The position numbers and the translations under genes were made by a program. DNA of 64,000 nucleotides from Candidatus Cloacimonadales bacterium (lineage in GTDB: Bacteria > Cloacimonadota > Cloacimonadia > Cloacimonadales > JAIOQZ01): positions 1,216,001-1,280,000 of the forward strand of contig CAXXTU010000002.1 of the NCBI GenBank assembly GCA_963662655.2. Reading direction: 5' to 3'. Shown here piece after piece: positions 20,684 to 28,984 of this stretch. Position 1 is the stretch's first letter; each line of letters begins with the position of its first letter. Below the pieces are notes generated by a model. The model made no database searches. It was not told the DNA's origin and worked only from the letters and a program-made list of their open reading frames with translations.

Positions 20684-21382
20684 TCAATCAGGTAATACAA
20701 TGGAGAGCAAGCCATCTACGCCTGAGATGATATACGTCGGCTCCCGATCAAGATCGTGCTCTCTTCCATCGGGATTCAGCCAGCAGGTGTCGATCCCGTA
20801 ATCCATCCCTCCACGAATATCCGACTTCAAGCTGTCCCCGATGATGAGCGTGGTTTCCGTATTGCTGTGATTGCAACGCTCCAGTGTATGCTCAAAGATT
20901 TTCCGGGACGGTTTGGGCGTCCCGACCTCCTCAGAGACAATAATGACGGGGAAATATTGATCCAACCCCGACTTCTCGATGCGCCGGTATTGCACATCGC
21001 TGAGGCCGTTTGTGACGAGCGCGAGCTTGAACTTGCCGTGCAGCGATTTCACGACCTCTAACGCGCAGGGAAGAAATGCGGCCTCCTCCGCGAGATTCTT
21101 TAAATAAAGACGGCTCATATCGTCCGCATCGACTTCCAGTCCGATCTCGGCGGCGAATTTACGGAAGCGATCGCTACGGATCTCAACTGCGGTGACTTTA
21201 CCGCGCTCGAACTTCTGCCAGATGATTTCATTGATTTCCTGATACACCGGCAGATGCTCTTCCTCGTTGTAATCGAAACCGAAGTCCAACACGGTTTTTC
21301 GAAGCGCGTTACGCTCAGCTTCGTTGTAGTCGAGTAACGTCCCGTCGATATCGAAAAGTAGCAGTTCGTATTGCTTATTCAT
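20684..21382 (-). CDS. YjjG-family HAD pyrimidine nucleotidase
   Basis: Motifs FDIDGTLLDY, VTNG, KP and IGDSLKSDI. Confidence 0.88.
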   Translation of the reverse strand: MNKQYELLLFDIDGTLLDYNEAERNALRKTVLDFGFDYNEEEHLPVYQEINEIIWQKFERGKVTAVEIRSDRFRKFAAEIGLEVDADDMSRLYLKNLAEEAAFLPCALEVVKSLHGKFKLALVTNGLSDVQYRRIEKSGLDQYFPVIIVSEEVGTPKPSRKIFEHTLERCNHSNTETTLIIGDSLKSDIRGGMDYGIDTCWLNPDGREHDLDREPTYIISGVDGLLSIVLPD

Positions 21383-21993
21383 TTTTCATCTCGTTTCAGC
21401 TTGCAGATAACGGTGTAATCGTTCGGGAGATAGTTGTCGATGATCCTATAATCAACGCAGTAGGGCTTGATGATCTCGATTGTCTCCTCGGGATCGGTGT
21501 AGAAATAGCGATCCTCGGGATCGGGAGAACGTTTGTGCAGTAAATTGAACACCACGTACTCGTTGGCGACCTCGAAAAATATCTTGATCGCCCTGCGAAA
21601 GAACTCCTCGTTGTTCCCCAGATTCAGATTGAAAACGCCGGAACAGAACACCACGTCGAAGCAATGCTCCATGAACTCCTGATCCGAGAAGATGTCGACA
21701 CAGTGGAATTTCCCATCGGGGTGCTCTCCGCAAGCTTTTTCCACCATTTCGGGGAGAATATCGATCCCGGTATAATCAACCGAAATCTCCCTCTTCTTCA
21801 AGAAGCCCAAGAGATCCCCCAAGCCGGAGCCAACATCCAGAACAGAGCTGTCATCCAAATCCACATGATCCACAAACGCCTTGAAACGAAGCTCCTGTGC
21901 GTTCTCGCTCTCCCAATCGAGTATCGCTGCATTCCCCTTGCGGTTCTTCAGCTTGTCCTGATAATGATCGCGTATCTTATTGAAACTAGCCAT
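21379..21993 (-). CDS. Class I SAM-dependent methyltransferase
   Basis: Motifs VLDVGSGLG, YTGIDI and FDVVFCSGVFN. Confidence 0.88.
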   Translation of the reverse strand: MASFNKIRDHYQDKLKNRKGNAAILDWESENAQELRFKAFVDHVDLDDSSVLDVGSGLGDLLGFLKKREISVDYTGIDILPEMVEKACGEHPDGKFHCVDIFSDQEFMEHCFDVVFCSGVFNLNLGNNEEFFRRAIKIFFEVANEYVVFNLLHKRSPDPEDRYFYTDPEETIEIIKPYCVDYRIIDNYLPNDYTVICKLKRDEK

Positions 21994-22064
21994 ATAATTC
22001 TATCAATCCTTCAAAGCCTCGATCTCCCATTGCTTTGCCGAGGTTCGTTCGTTTATTCCCTATT

Positions 22065-23429
22065 TCAGCTTCCGAATCGCTGGTACAACTCTTCGTATTG
22101 CTTCGCTGAGTATTTCCACGACCAGTCTTCCGCCATCGCGTTCTTTACGTACTGCTCCCACAACGAGCTTTCGTGGAAAACGTCCAGAGCCTCTTCCACA
22201 ATCTGAATCAGGCTGTTCGAGTAGTAGCTGCTGAACAGAAATCCGTTTGCACCCTTGGGATCCCGGCTGGAGGTGTCCTTGATCACATCGACGAACGCGC
22301 CCGTGCGCCGCGCGATCGGAATCGTTCCGTAGCGCATGGCTCGAAGATGTAGCGTCGATCCAGGGGCTTCGCGCGATGGAAGCAAGATCATGTCCGATGC
22401 GGCGAAGTACCGGTGCTCATCGTCGTTGTTGTAACCGACAACCACCTTCAGGTTGTAATACTCGGCAGCCATCTCCTTCAATTGTATCTGGAAATCGGTG
22501 TCGCCCGTGCCGTACACAAGCACCTGCACCGAAAGCTGAAGAATGTCCGGCAGTGCATCCAGAACGAGCGCGCAGCCATTCTCGCTGGTGAGCCTTCCCC
22601 CATAAAGAATCAGAGGGATTTTCTCTCCGACTTCCAGCCCGAGCTCTTTCTGGAGATTCTTTTTAACTTCGCGCTTCCCCGCCAGGTCTTTGTAGTGGAT
22701 CAACAGATGATCGTCCTTGGCCGGATTCCACTCGCCGTATCGCACGCCGTTGTTGATGCCGAAAAGTTTATTGGAAATCTGAAGGAAGTACGGGTCCAGC
22801 TCGTGGCCGAACTCCTGCTCCTGCACCTCATGCGTATAATGCCGGCTTGTCGTCGTCACATCGTCCGCGAAAATAATACCGAGCTTAACCAGACTCAGGT
22901 TCCCGAGCTTGTCAATCTCGTTCAAGTGCTTTTCGGAAAGCTTGAACGATTCCAGGTCGCCAGGTTCGATCGGTCCTTGTTGATCGAGATCGTAGAAAGT
23001 GTAAACCGTTCGAACATGGAGCTCCAGATTTCTGATAAGCAACGGAACCAATCCCCCCTGCCAGTGGTGACTGTGAACCACGTCGAATGGATGATTCTGC
23101 ACAAATCTCGCAACGCCTCGTGAGAAATGAAGCACCTGCTCGATGTCCACATGGTTTCCGTAAAACGGATCGAAGAAATGGTCGCCGGGCTTGAGAAAGA
23201 AGATCACCTTGTCCGTTCCGGGAATGTTCCCCTGGTAGAGTGTGAGAGAAAGGTCGTCGTACGTTTCTATCTTGCGGCACTTGATCGTGCGCATCTGATC
23301 GTAAAACGGCATGATGATCGACGTTTCCGAATTCAAATTGAAGATGAGGTTGTGAAGATTGTAGCCCAGACCCAATCTACTATATTTGTAAAAGGGCGCC
23401 AATTCCGGTAAAACCATCAGAATTCTCAT
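22065..23429 (-). CDS. Glycogen synthase (GT5)-like protein with degenerate catalytic motifs
   Basis: Retains GlgA scaffold motifs (ELAPF, GINNGV...WNP..D, GRLT, AMRYGTIPIARRTG), but the KTGGL and EPCG motifs are altered. Confidence 0.8.
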   Translation of the reverse strand: MRILMVLPELAPFYKYSRLGLGYNLHNLIFNLNSETSIIMPFYDQMRTIKCRKIETYDDLSLTLYQGNIPGTDKVIFFLKPGDHFFDPFYGNHVDIEQVLHFSRGVARFVQNHPFDVVHSHHWQGGLVPLLIRNLELHVRTVYTFYDLDQQGPIEPGDLESFKLSEKHLNEIDKLGNLSLVKLGIIFADDVTTTSRHYTHEVQEQEFGHELDPYFLQISNKLFGINNGVRYGEWNPAKDDHLLIHYKDLAGKREVKKNLQKELGLEVGEKIPLILYGGRLTSENGCALVLDALPDILQLSVQVLVYGTGDTDFQIQLKEMAAEYYNLKVVVGYNNDDEHRYFAASDMILLPSREAPGSTLHLRAMRYGTIPIARRTGAFVDVIKDTSSRDPKGANGFLFSSYYSNSLIQIVEEALDVFHESSLWEQYVKNAMAEDWSWKYSAKQYEELYQRFGS

Positions 23430-24340
23430 GAATCCTCCCTTGTAACGGGTTGTGCTCTATGCGCGTTTTTCCAGCGACGATGCAGCCAGAACCATTGTTC
23501 GGGATATCTGCGTATATACACTTCCATACGCTCAACCATCTTCCGTGTGATATCGATGATATTCTCTCGGGTATCCTCGATATCTTCCGTGAAAATGGGT
23601 TCCTCATAATACAATGTAAAGGTTCTGTCTGGATTGCGAACACAAATTGCAATAAAAATCGGAGAACCAGTCTTGATGGCCGTTTTCGCAGGGCCGATGT
23701 GAACGGATGCCGGTACTCCCAGGAAGTCCATGCGTACTCCGTAGTGACGTGCATCCTGATCGGCGATGAAGGCGATGATCTTATTCTCTCTGAGCGCTTT
23801 GATAATGGGCCGGAAGGATTTCGACGAATGAATGAGCGTCACACCCGCCGACCGCCGGAGATTTTCCGTATATTCGTTGAACCACGGGTTACGCTGCGGC
23901 TTCATCAAGGCTGCCGTGGGAATTCCGATGGACGACATATAACGCCCCGCAAGCTCCCAGTTCCCGATATGCATCGAGACCATCACCGCGCCTTTACCGT
24001 GTTCCAGCACCTTGCGGATGTTCTCTTCACCCACGATCTTCATCCCCTTGAACATCTTCTCGTCGTCGTAAAGATATTCCTCCGAAATCATGCGCGTCAT
24101 GCTGAGATACTGACGAACGTACAGCTTCCAGCGCTGGAAGGGGGTGAGTTCGGGATAAACCTTCTTCAGGTTCTCAAGCGCGACCTTCCGGCGGATGCCG
24201 AAAACGCTACTCGCGAGCAGGGCCAGGCCCATGAGAAGGAGTTCGCCGATACGTGCGGGTAACAAACGGTAGACTTTCAGGAAAAGGATGAAGAACAGAT
24301 ATTCGATTCGACTCTGTAGATTCTTGTGTTTACGTTTCAT
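23426..24340 (-). CDS. Lipid A/lysophospholipid acyltransferase (LpxL/HtrB family)
   Basis: Motifs HIGNWE, ADQD, FLG and YPEQWFWLHRRWK. Confidence 0.9.
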   Translation of the reverse strand: MKRKHKNLQSRIEYLFFILFLKVYRLLPARIGELLLMGLALLASSVFGIRRKVALENLKKVYPELTPFQRWKLYVRQYLSMTRMISEEYLYDDEKMFKGMKIVGEENIRKVLEHGKGAVMVSMHIGNWELAGRYMSSIGIPTAALMKPQRNPWFNEYTENLRRSAGVTLIHSSKSFRPIIKALRENKIIAFIADQDARHYGVRMDFLGVPASVHIGPAKTAIKTGSPIFIAICVRNPDRTFTLYYEEPIFTEDIEDTRENIIDITRKMVERMEVYIRRYPEQWFWLHRRWKNAHRAQPVTREDS

Positions 24341-24341
24341 T

Positions 24342-25061
24342 TTACTTGGGGATTCTTTCGATGAGGCGCTTCATCTCCCTCACTGCTTCCGCAAGCCCCG
24401 TGAAGACGGCTCGGGAAATAATGCTGTGCCCGATATTGTATTCCTGTATGATTCCCAGATCGACCAGTGCGTCGATGTTGTGATAGTTGAGCCCATGCCC
24501 GGCGACAATCCGCATCCCCGCCGTCCGGATAAGCTTCGAAGCCTTCTCGATCCGCTGGATTTCCTTGCGTATATCGTCCCGATCTTTCAGGTTGGCGTAG
24601 CGTCCGGTGTGCATCTCGACTGCGTCCGCCTCATAGCGGTCGGCCAGCTTGATCATGTCGGTATCCGGCTCGATGAACACGCTCACCTCGATTCCCGCTT
24701 CCTTCAGCTCACGAATCTTTCCGCGCATGGAATCCGGCTCGAGGTTGAGTCCGCCTTCGGTCGTGAGTTCTTCGCGCCGCTCGGGAACCAGCGTAACCGT
24801 GTCTGGCTTGACGGTTTTCGCGATCACAATCATCTCGTCGGTGGCGGCCATCTCCAGGTTGAGCCGGGTCTGAACCGTCTGTCGTAGCAGATTCAAATCT
24901 CGCAGTTGGATGTGCCTGCGGTCTTCCCTGAGATGAATGGTGATCTGGTCCGCGCCGTTCGCTTCCGCGATGAACGCCGCGTAAACAGGATCGGGTTCGA
25001 TTCCCATGCGAGCCTGTCTCAACGTTGCAATATGATCGATATTAACGCCCAATTCCGGCAT
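24342..25061 (-). CDS. pdxJ: Pyridoxine 5'-phosphate synthase
   Basis: Motifs LGVNIDHIATLRQAR, HLREDRRHI, TTEGGL, AGHGL and NIGHSII. Start re-called at MPELG. Confidence 0.96.
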   Translation of the reverse strand: MPELGVNIDHIATLRQARMGIEPDPVYAAFIAEANGADQITIHLREDRRHIQLRDLNLLRQTVQTRLNLEMAATDEMIVIAKTVKPDTVTLVPERREELTTEGGLNLEPDSMRGKIRELKEAGIEVSVFIEPDTDMIKLADRYEADAVEMHTGRYANLKDRDDIRKEIQRIEKASKLIRTAGMRIVAGHGLNYHNIDALVDLGIIQEYNIGHSIISRAVFTGLAEAVREMKRLIERIPK

Positions 25062-25092
25062 GTTGTTCTCCTGTAGGACAATGTGAGCTTTA

Positions 25093-25947
25093 TTACAAAT
25101 TCTCGTAGAAGATGCGGATGTCCGCTTCCGCCCTGAGTTGCTTGATATGCTTGATAAGCTGAAGCTCGGATTCGATCTGAACAAGCCGCTGCTTCAGCGC
25201 GCCCTTGATGTCCTCAAAATCCGCGATCCGGCTCTCCTTGTGATCGGTAACCATCAGGATGTGCGTTCCGAACTGCGTCGTGATCGGATCGCTGATTTCG
25301 CCGACCTTCATCTTGAACGCTGCGTCCTCGATCTCCTTGACCATCACACCGCGTGGGAAATAGCCGAGATCGCCCGACTGCCTGAAGCTGGGGCAATCGG
25401 AAAGCATTTTCGCGATGGCTCCGAAGTCTTCAGCCGATTCGATCTCGTCCATGATCTCCTTGTAGACCTGGACCGCAACGTCGTTCGCGTCTTTGATCAG
25501 CACATGAGAGGCGCGAACCACCTCACGGGTCTTGAACTGGCTCTTGTTCTTGTTGTAGAAGTCGCGAAGCTTCTCTTCGGGCACGTCTTCCTCGCATACG
25601 CAGAAGTGCTTCTGGACATAGCGTGAAACCAGCATACGGTCTTGCAACCGCTCCCGAATAGTGTCCTGATCGAGCCCTGTTTCCAGCAGCATATCGTTGA
25701 AATCGTCTTCCGATTTATAGTCCATCATCAGCTCGAGCACCTTCTCCTGAAGCTCGTCCGCCGAGATATCGATGTTCGCTTCCCGCGCACGATTCAAGAG
25801 CAACACGCCGTCGATCAAATGCTCGATAGCCCTTTCCCGACACTCGATACTCGCATCTTGTAGCTGCATCTGCTTCATTACTCTTTGCAGTTCGAACCGG
25901 TAACTTTCATCCGTTATTTGATAACCATTTACTTCAGCAATGATCAT
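25093..25947 (-). CDS. Parvulin-type peptidyl-prolyl isomerase (SurA/PrsA-like)
   Basis: Motifs VRASHVLI, SDCPS, GDLGYF and TQFGTHI, with a SurA-like helical N-terminal domain. Confidence 0.88.
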   Translation of the reverse strand: MIIAEVNGYQITDESYRFELQRVMKQMQLQDASIECRERAIEHLIDGVLLLNRAREANIDISADELQEKVLELMMDYKSEDDFNDMLLETGLDQDTIRERLQDRMLVSRYVQKHFCVCEEDVPEEKLRDFYNKNKSQFKTREVVRASHVLIKDANDVAVQVYKEIMDEIESAEDFGAIAKMLSDCPSFRQSGDLGYFPRGVMVKEIEDAAFKMKVGEISDPITTQFGTHILMVTDHKESRIADFEDIKGALKQRLVQIESELQLIKHIKQLRAEADIRIFYENL

Positions 25948-25959
25948 ATCCGCTCCCAT

Positions 25960-26871
25960 TTAAATTCCAAGCTTGTTTTCGATCTCACGAATAACCGCAG
26001 ATATGTTAATATCAGCGTTTCTTAATGTCAAATCGAATTCGCCCCGACGATACCATGTGACCTGCCTTTTTGCGTAATTCCTCGACTTCTGTTTGGCAAG
26101 CTCGATGGCGTTCGATAAATCTCCACCATTTTGCAGGTAATCGACCAACTCTCGATAGCCCACAGCGTTCATACCGGGATCGTCCGCACCGTAACCCATG
26201 TCAAGCAGCTTTTTAGCTTCTTCCAGAAAGCCGCCGACCATCATCCGGTCCAATCGCTCGTTGATCCTCGCGTACAATGTCTCACGAACCGGATTCAGTA
26301 AAATATTATAATTCTGGCAACTTTTTTCTTGTCGCTGCCTCTCCCAATGAACGCTCATCGGCTCGCCCGTCTGCTCGTAAACTTCCAGCGCACGCACAAC
26401 ACGCTTGATATCATTGGGATGAATGCGATTAGCGGACTCGGGGTCCACCTCCTCGAGTCGACGAAAAATTTTTGCGGGACTTTCCTGCGCATCCTTCATC
26501 AAACCTTCGCGGAGTGACGAATCGACATCCGGCGACTCGAACAATCCATTCTGCAGCGCCTTGATGTAGAAACCCGTTCCTCCGGCAATCACGGGAATCT
26601 TCCCCTGCTCGTTCAAGCTTTTGACGATTATCGCTGCGTCATCGGCAAATCTACCCGCGCTGTACGATTCGTCCGGATTCACCACGTCGATCAGGTGATG
26701 GCGAACGCTGACCTGCTCCATCTTCGAGGGTTTCGCGGTCCCAATATCCATATACCGGTAAATCTGACGCGAATCCGCTGAAATGATCTCCGAATTCAGC
26801 TTCTTTGCCAGCGCGATGGCGACGGTTGTCTTCCCCGAAGCCGTGGGACCCTGTACCGTTATAAACTTCAT
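25960..26871 (-). CDS. miaA: tRNA dimethylallyltransferase
   Basis: Motifs GPTASGKT, ADSRQIY, GTAKP, GGTGFY and YAKRQ. The true start overlaps the mutL stop (ATGA). Confidence 0.96.
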   Translation of the reverse strand: MKFITVQGPTASGKTTVAIALAKKLNSEIISADSRQIYRYMDIGTAKPSKMEQVSVRHHLIDVVNPDESYSAGRFADDAAIIVKSLNEQGKIPVIAGGTGFYIKALQNGLFESPDVDSSLREGLMKDAQESPAKIFRRLEEVDPESANRIHPNDIKRVVRALEVYEQTGEPMSVHWERQRQEKSCQNYNILLNPVRETLYARINERLDRMMVGGFLEEAKKLLDMGYGADDPGMNAVGYRELVDYLQNGGDLSNAIELAKQKSRNYAKRQVTWYRRGEFDLTLRNADINISAVIREIENKLGI

Positions 26872-28715
26872 GACTCGATGCGCTTGAACCTTTTTTCCAG
26901 CTCCGTCAGGCTCATCTTGATGATCAATGGCCTGCCGTGCGGGCAAAAGTACGGAACTTCGCAGGAGAACAGATCGCCGATCAGCGCTACCATCTCCTTG
27001 CGGCCCATCTTGCGGTTTGCCTTGATGGCGGCCTTGCACGCCACCGACTTCGCCAGGCTGTCCCGAAAATCTTCCGTCTCCGAAAACTCGTCACGCAACT
27101 GACGGAGGATATCGATGAAGACATCTCCCCCGTCCCAGTCTTCCAACTCGGACGGAATCTCGTCGATGACGATGGAATTACCACTGAAACTCTTGATCGT
27201 GAATCCGACGCGGTTGATGGTTTCCATGTTCTGCTCGACCAGATCACGCACGACATCCTGCAAGTGATGAGGAATCTCCACGACCAGCGGAAACAGGAGT
27301 TTCTGGGTCGGCGCAGGCATTCCGTGGATGCGGTGCAGCAGTTTTTCGTATAAAATCCGCTCGTGCGCAGCGTGCTGGTCGATCATCATGAGCCCCTCTT
27401 CCACCTGCACCAGGACGTACGTCTGGTGAAGCTGCCAGGGATTGATCATCTCTTCTTCCGCACGCAGCTTGATCCGCTCGGTCACTTGCGGTATCTCCTC
27501 GATCCGGTTCGGCTCGAGTTCCGCCTGCTTCTCCACCGGCACGAAGATGTCCGGCTGATACAGCTTGCCGAACTCGTCCTTGACCTCGTGAAAACGCGGT
27601 GTCTCGGTGCGCTGGCGGTAGATTTTCACATCGACCGGCGAGATGTTCTTCTTCTCCTTGCCTTTTTCGATGCGGTCCCTCACGGCCTGAAAACGGTCAT
27701 CCTCGTACTTCATCAGGCGTTTGCCGATGGCGTTTTTGACAAAGGAGTGAACGCTTCCGGCATCGCGGAAACGGATTTCCAGCTTGGCGGGATGGACATT
27801 GAAGTCGATCAGCTTGGGATCCATCTCGATAAACAGGATGTATGGCGGTACGCTGCTGCCCTGGAACAGGCGAAGCTTCTGCATGTAAGGCTCGTAAGCC
27901 GCCTTGAGGCTATGCAGGATGATTTTGTCGCGGATGAAGCGGCCGTTGACGAACAGGTAACGATAGTCGTGCAATCCTTCCGAAATCTCCGCCAGACCCT
28001 TGATATAGCCTTCGATCCGCATTTCGCCGCCGTCTGCCTCGACCTTGACCATATCCAGCTTGGAGAAGTCGCTGCCAAACACCGCGAGAAGCCGTTTCTC
28101 CCGGGTTTCGACGGCGGGAAAATTAAGCTTCGTTCGTCCGTTGGCGTTCAGCTTGAAGTGCACCTGTGGGAAGAGGATTGCCTGGTAATGTATATAATTG
28201 TAGATGTGGCGGTATTCCACATCGTCCGATTTCAAGAACTTCTTGCGAGCGGGAATATTGGCGAATAGCTTCCGCACCGAGATCGTGGTCCCCTGATTGG
28301 CCGCCGCGCGATCGACGTTTCGTAAAACGCCCGAGTCGAGCTCGATTTTCGTGGCAAGCTCGCTTTCGCTATCTCGGGTTATCATGGTCATGCGGCTGAT
28401 GGAAGCGATGCTCGGCATGGCCTCTCCGCGGAAACCCAGCGTAGATATCTCGAAGATATCCGAAACCGTGCGTATCTTCGAAGTAGCGTGCCTTTCGAGC
28501 GCAGTCAGCGCGTCGTCCTCGCTCATACCGCAGCCGTCGTCGACAACCTCGATCAGCGACTTCCCGCCGCGCTCGACGTTTACAGTTATCGAGGTCGCGC
28601 CGCTATCCAGGGAATTCTCCACCAGCTCTTTCACAACGGACGCGGGACGTTCGATGACTTCTCCAGCGGCAATCCGATTGGCGACTTCTTCGGCTAACAC
28701 TTTGACTTTACGCAT
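26868..28715 (-). CDS. mutL: DNA mismatch repair endonuclease MutL
   Basis: Motifs IAAGEVIERPASVVKELVENS, GFRGEA, DQHAAHERILYE, ACK and CPHGRP. Confidence 0.97.
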   Translation of the reverse strand: MRKVKVLAEEVANRIAAGEVIERPASVVKELVENSLDSGATSITVNVERGGKSLIEVVDDGCGMSEDDALTALERHATSKIRTVSDIFEISTLGFRGEAMPSIASISRMTMITRDSESELATKIELDSGVLRNVDRAAANQGTTISVRKLFANIPARKKFLKSDDVEYRHIYNYIHYQAILFPQVHFKLNANGRTKLNFPAVETREKRLLAVFGSDFSKLDMVKVEADGGEMRIEGYIKGLAEISEGLHDYRYLFVNGRFIRDKIILHSLKAAYEPYMQKLRLFQGSSVPPYILFIEMDPKLIDFNVHPAKLEIRFRDAGSVHSFVKNAIGKRLMKYEDDRFQAVRDRIEKGKEKKNISPVDVKIYRQRTETPRFHEVKDEFGKLYQPDIFVPVEKQAELEPNRIEEIPQVTERIKLRAEEEMINPWQLHQTYVLVQVEEGLMMIDQHAAHERILYEKLLHRIHGMPAPTQKLLFPLVVEIPHHLQDVVRDLVEQNMETINRVGFTIKSFSGNSIVIDEIPSELEDWDGGDVFIDILRQLRDEFSETEDFRDSLAKSVACKAAIKANRKMGRKEMVALIGDLFSCEVPYFCPHGRPLIIKMSLTELEKRFKRIES

Positions 28716-28984
28716 GATAACTTCCTTCTCTCAATTCAAAACCAGTTATCACGCCGCAACGTTTTTTGTAAATGAAATCTTGAAGCTCTCCGTAATTCCA
28801 CCGACGAAAGCTTCCTGCAACGCATCACCAAGTGCACAGGTAGTATCGAGGAATATCCAGCAATCTGTATATAAACGGAGATTGACAAGCCTCTGCGGAC
28901 AAAAAATGTATTGAATTTTGGAGAACATAGATTATCTTAATGTATGAGATTCAGTTTGCGCTGAGGAATAAGAAGGAGATATAC

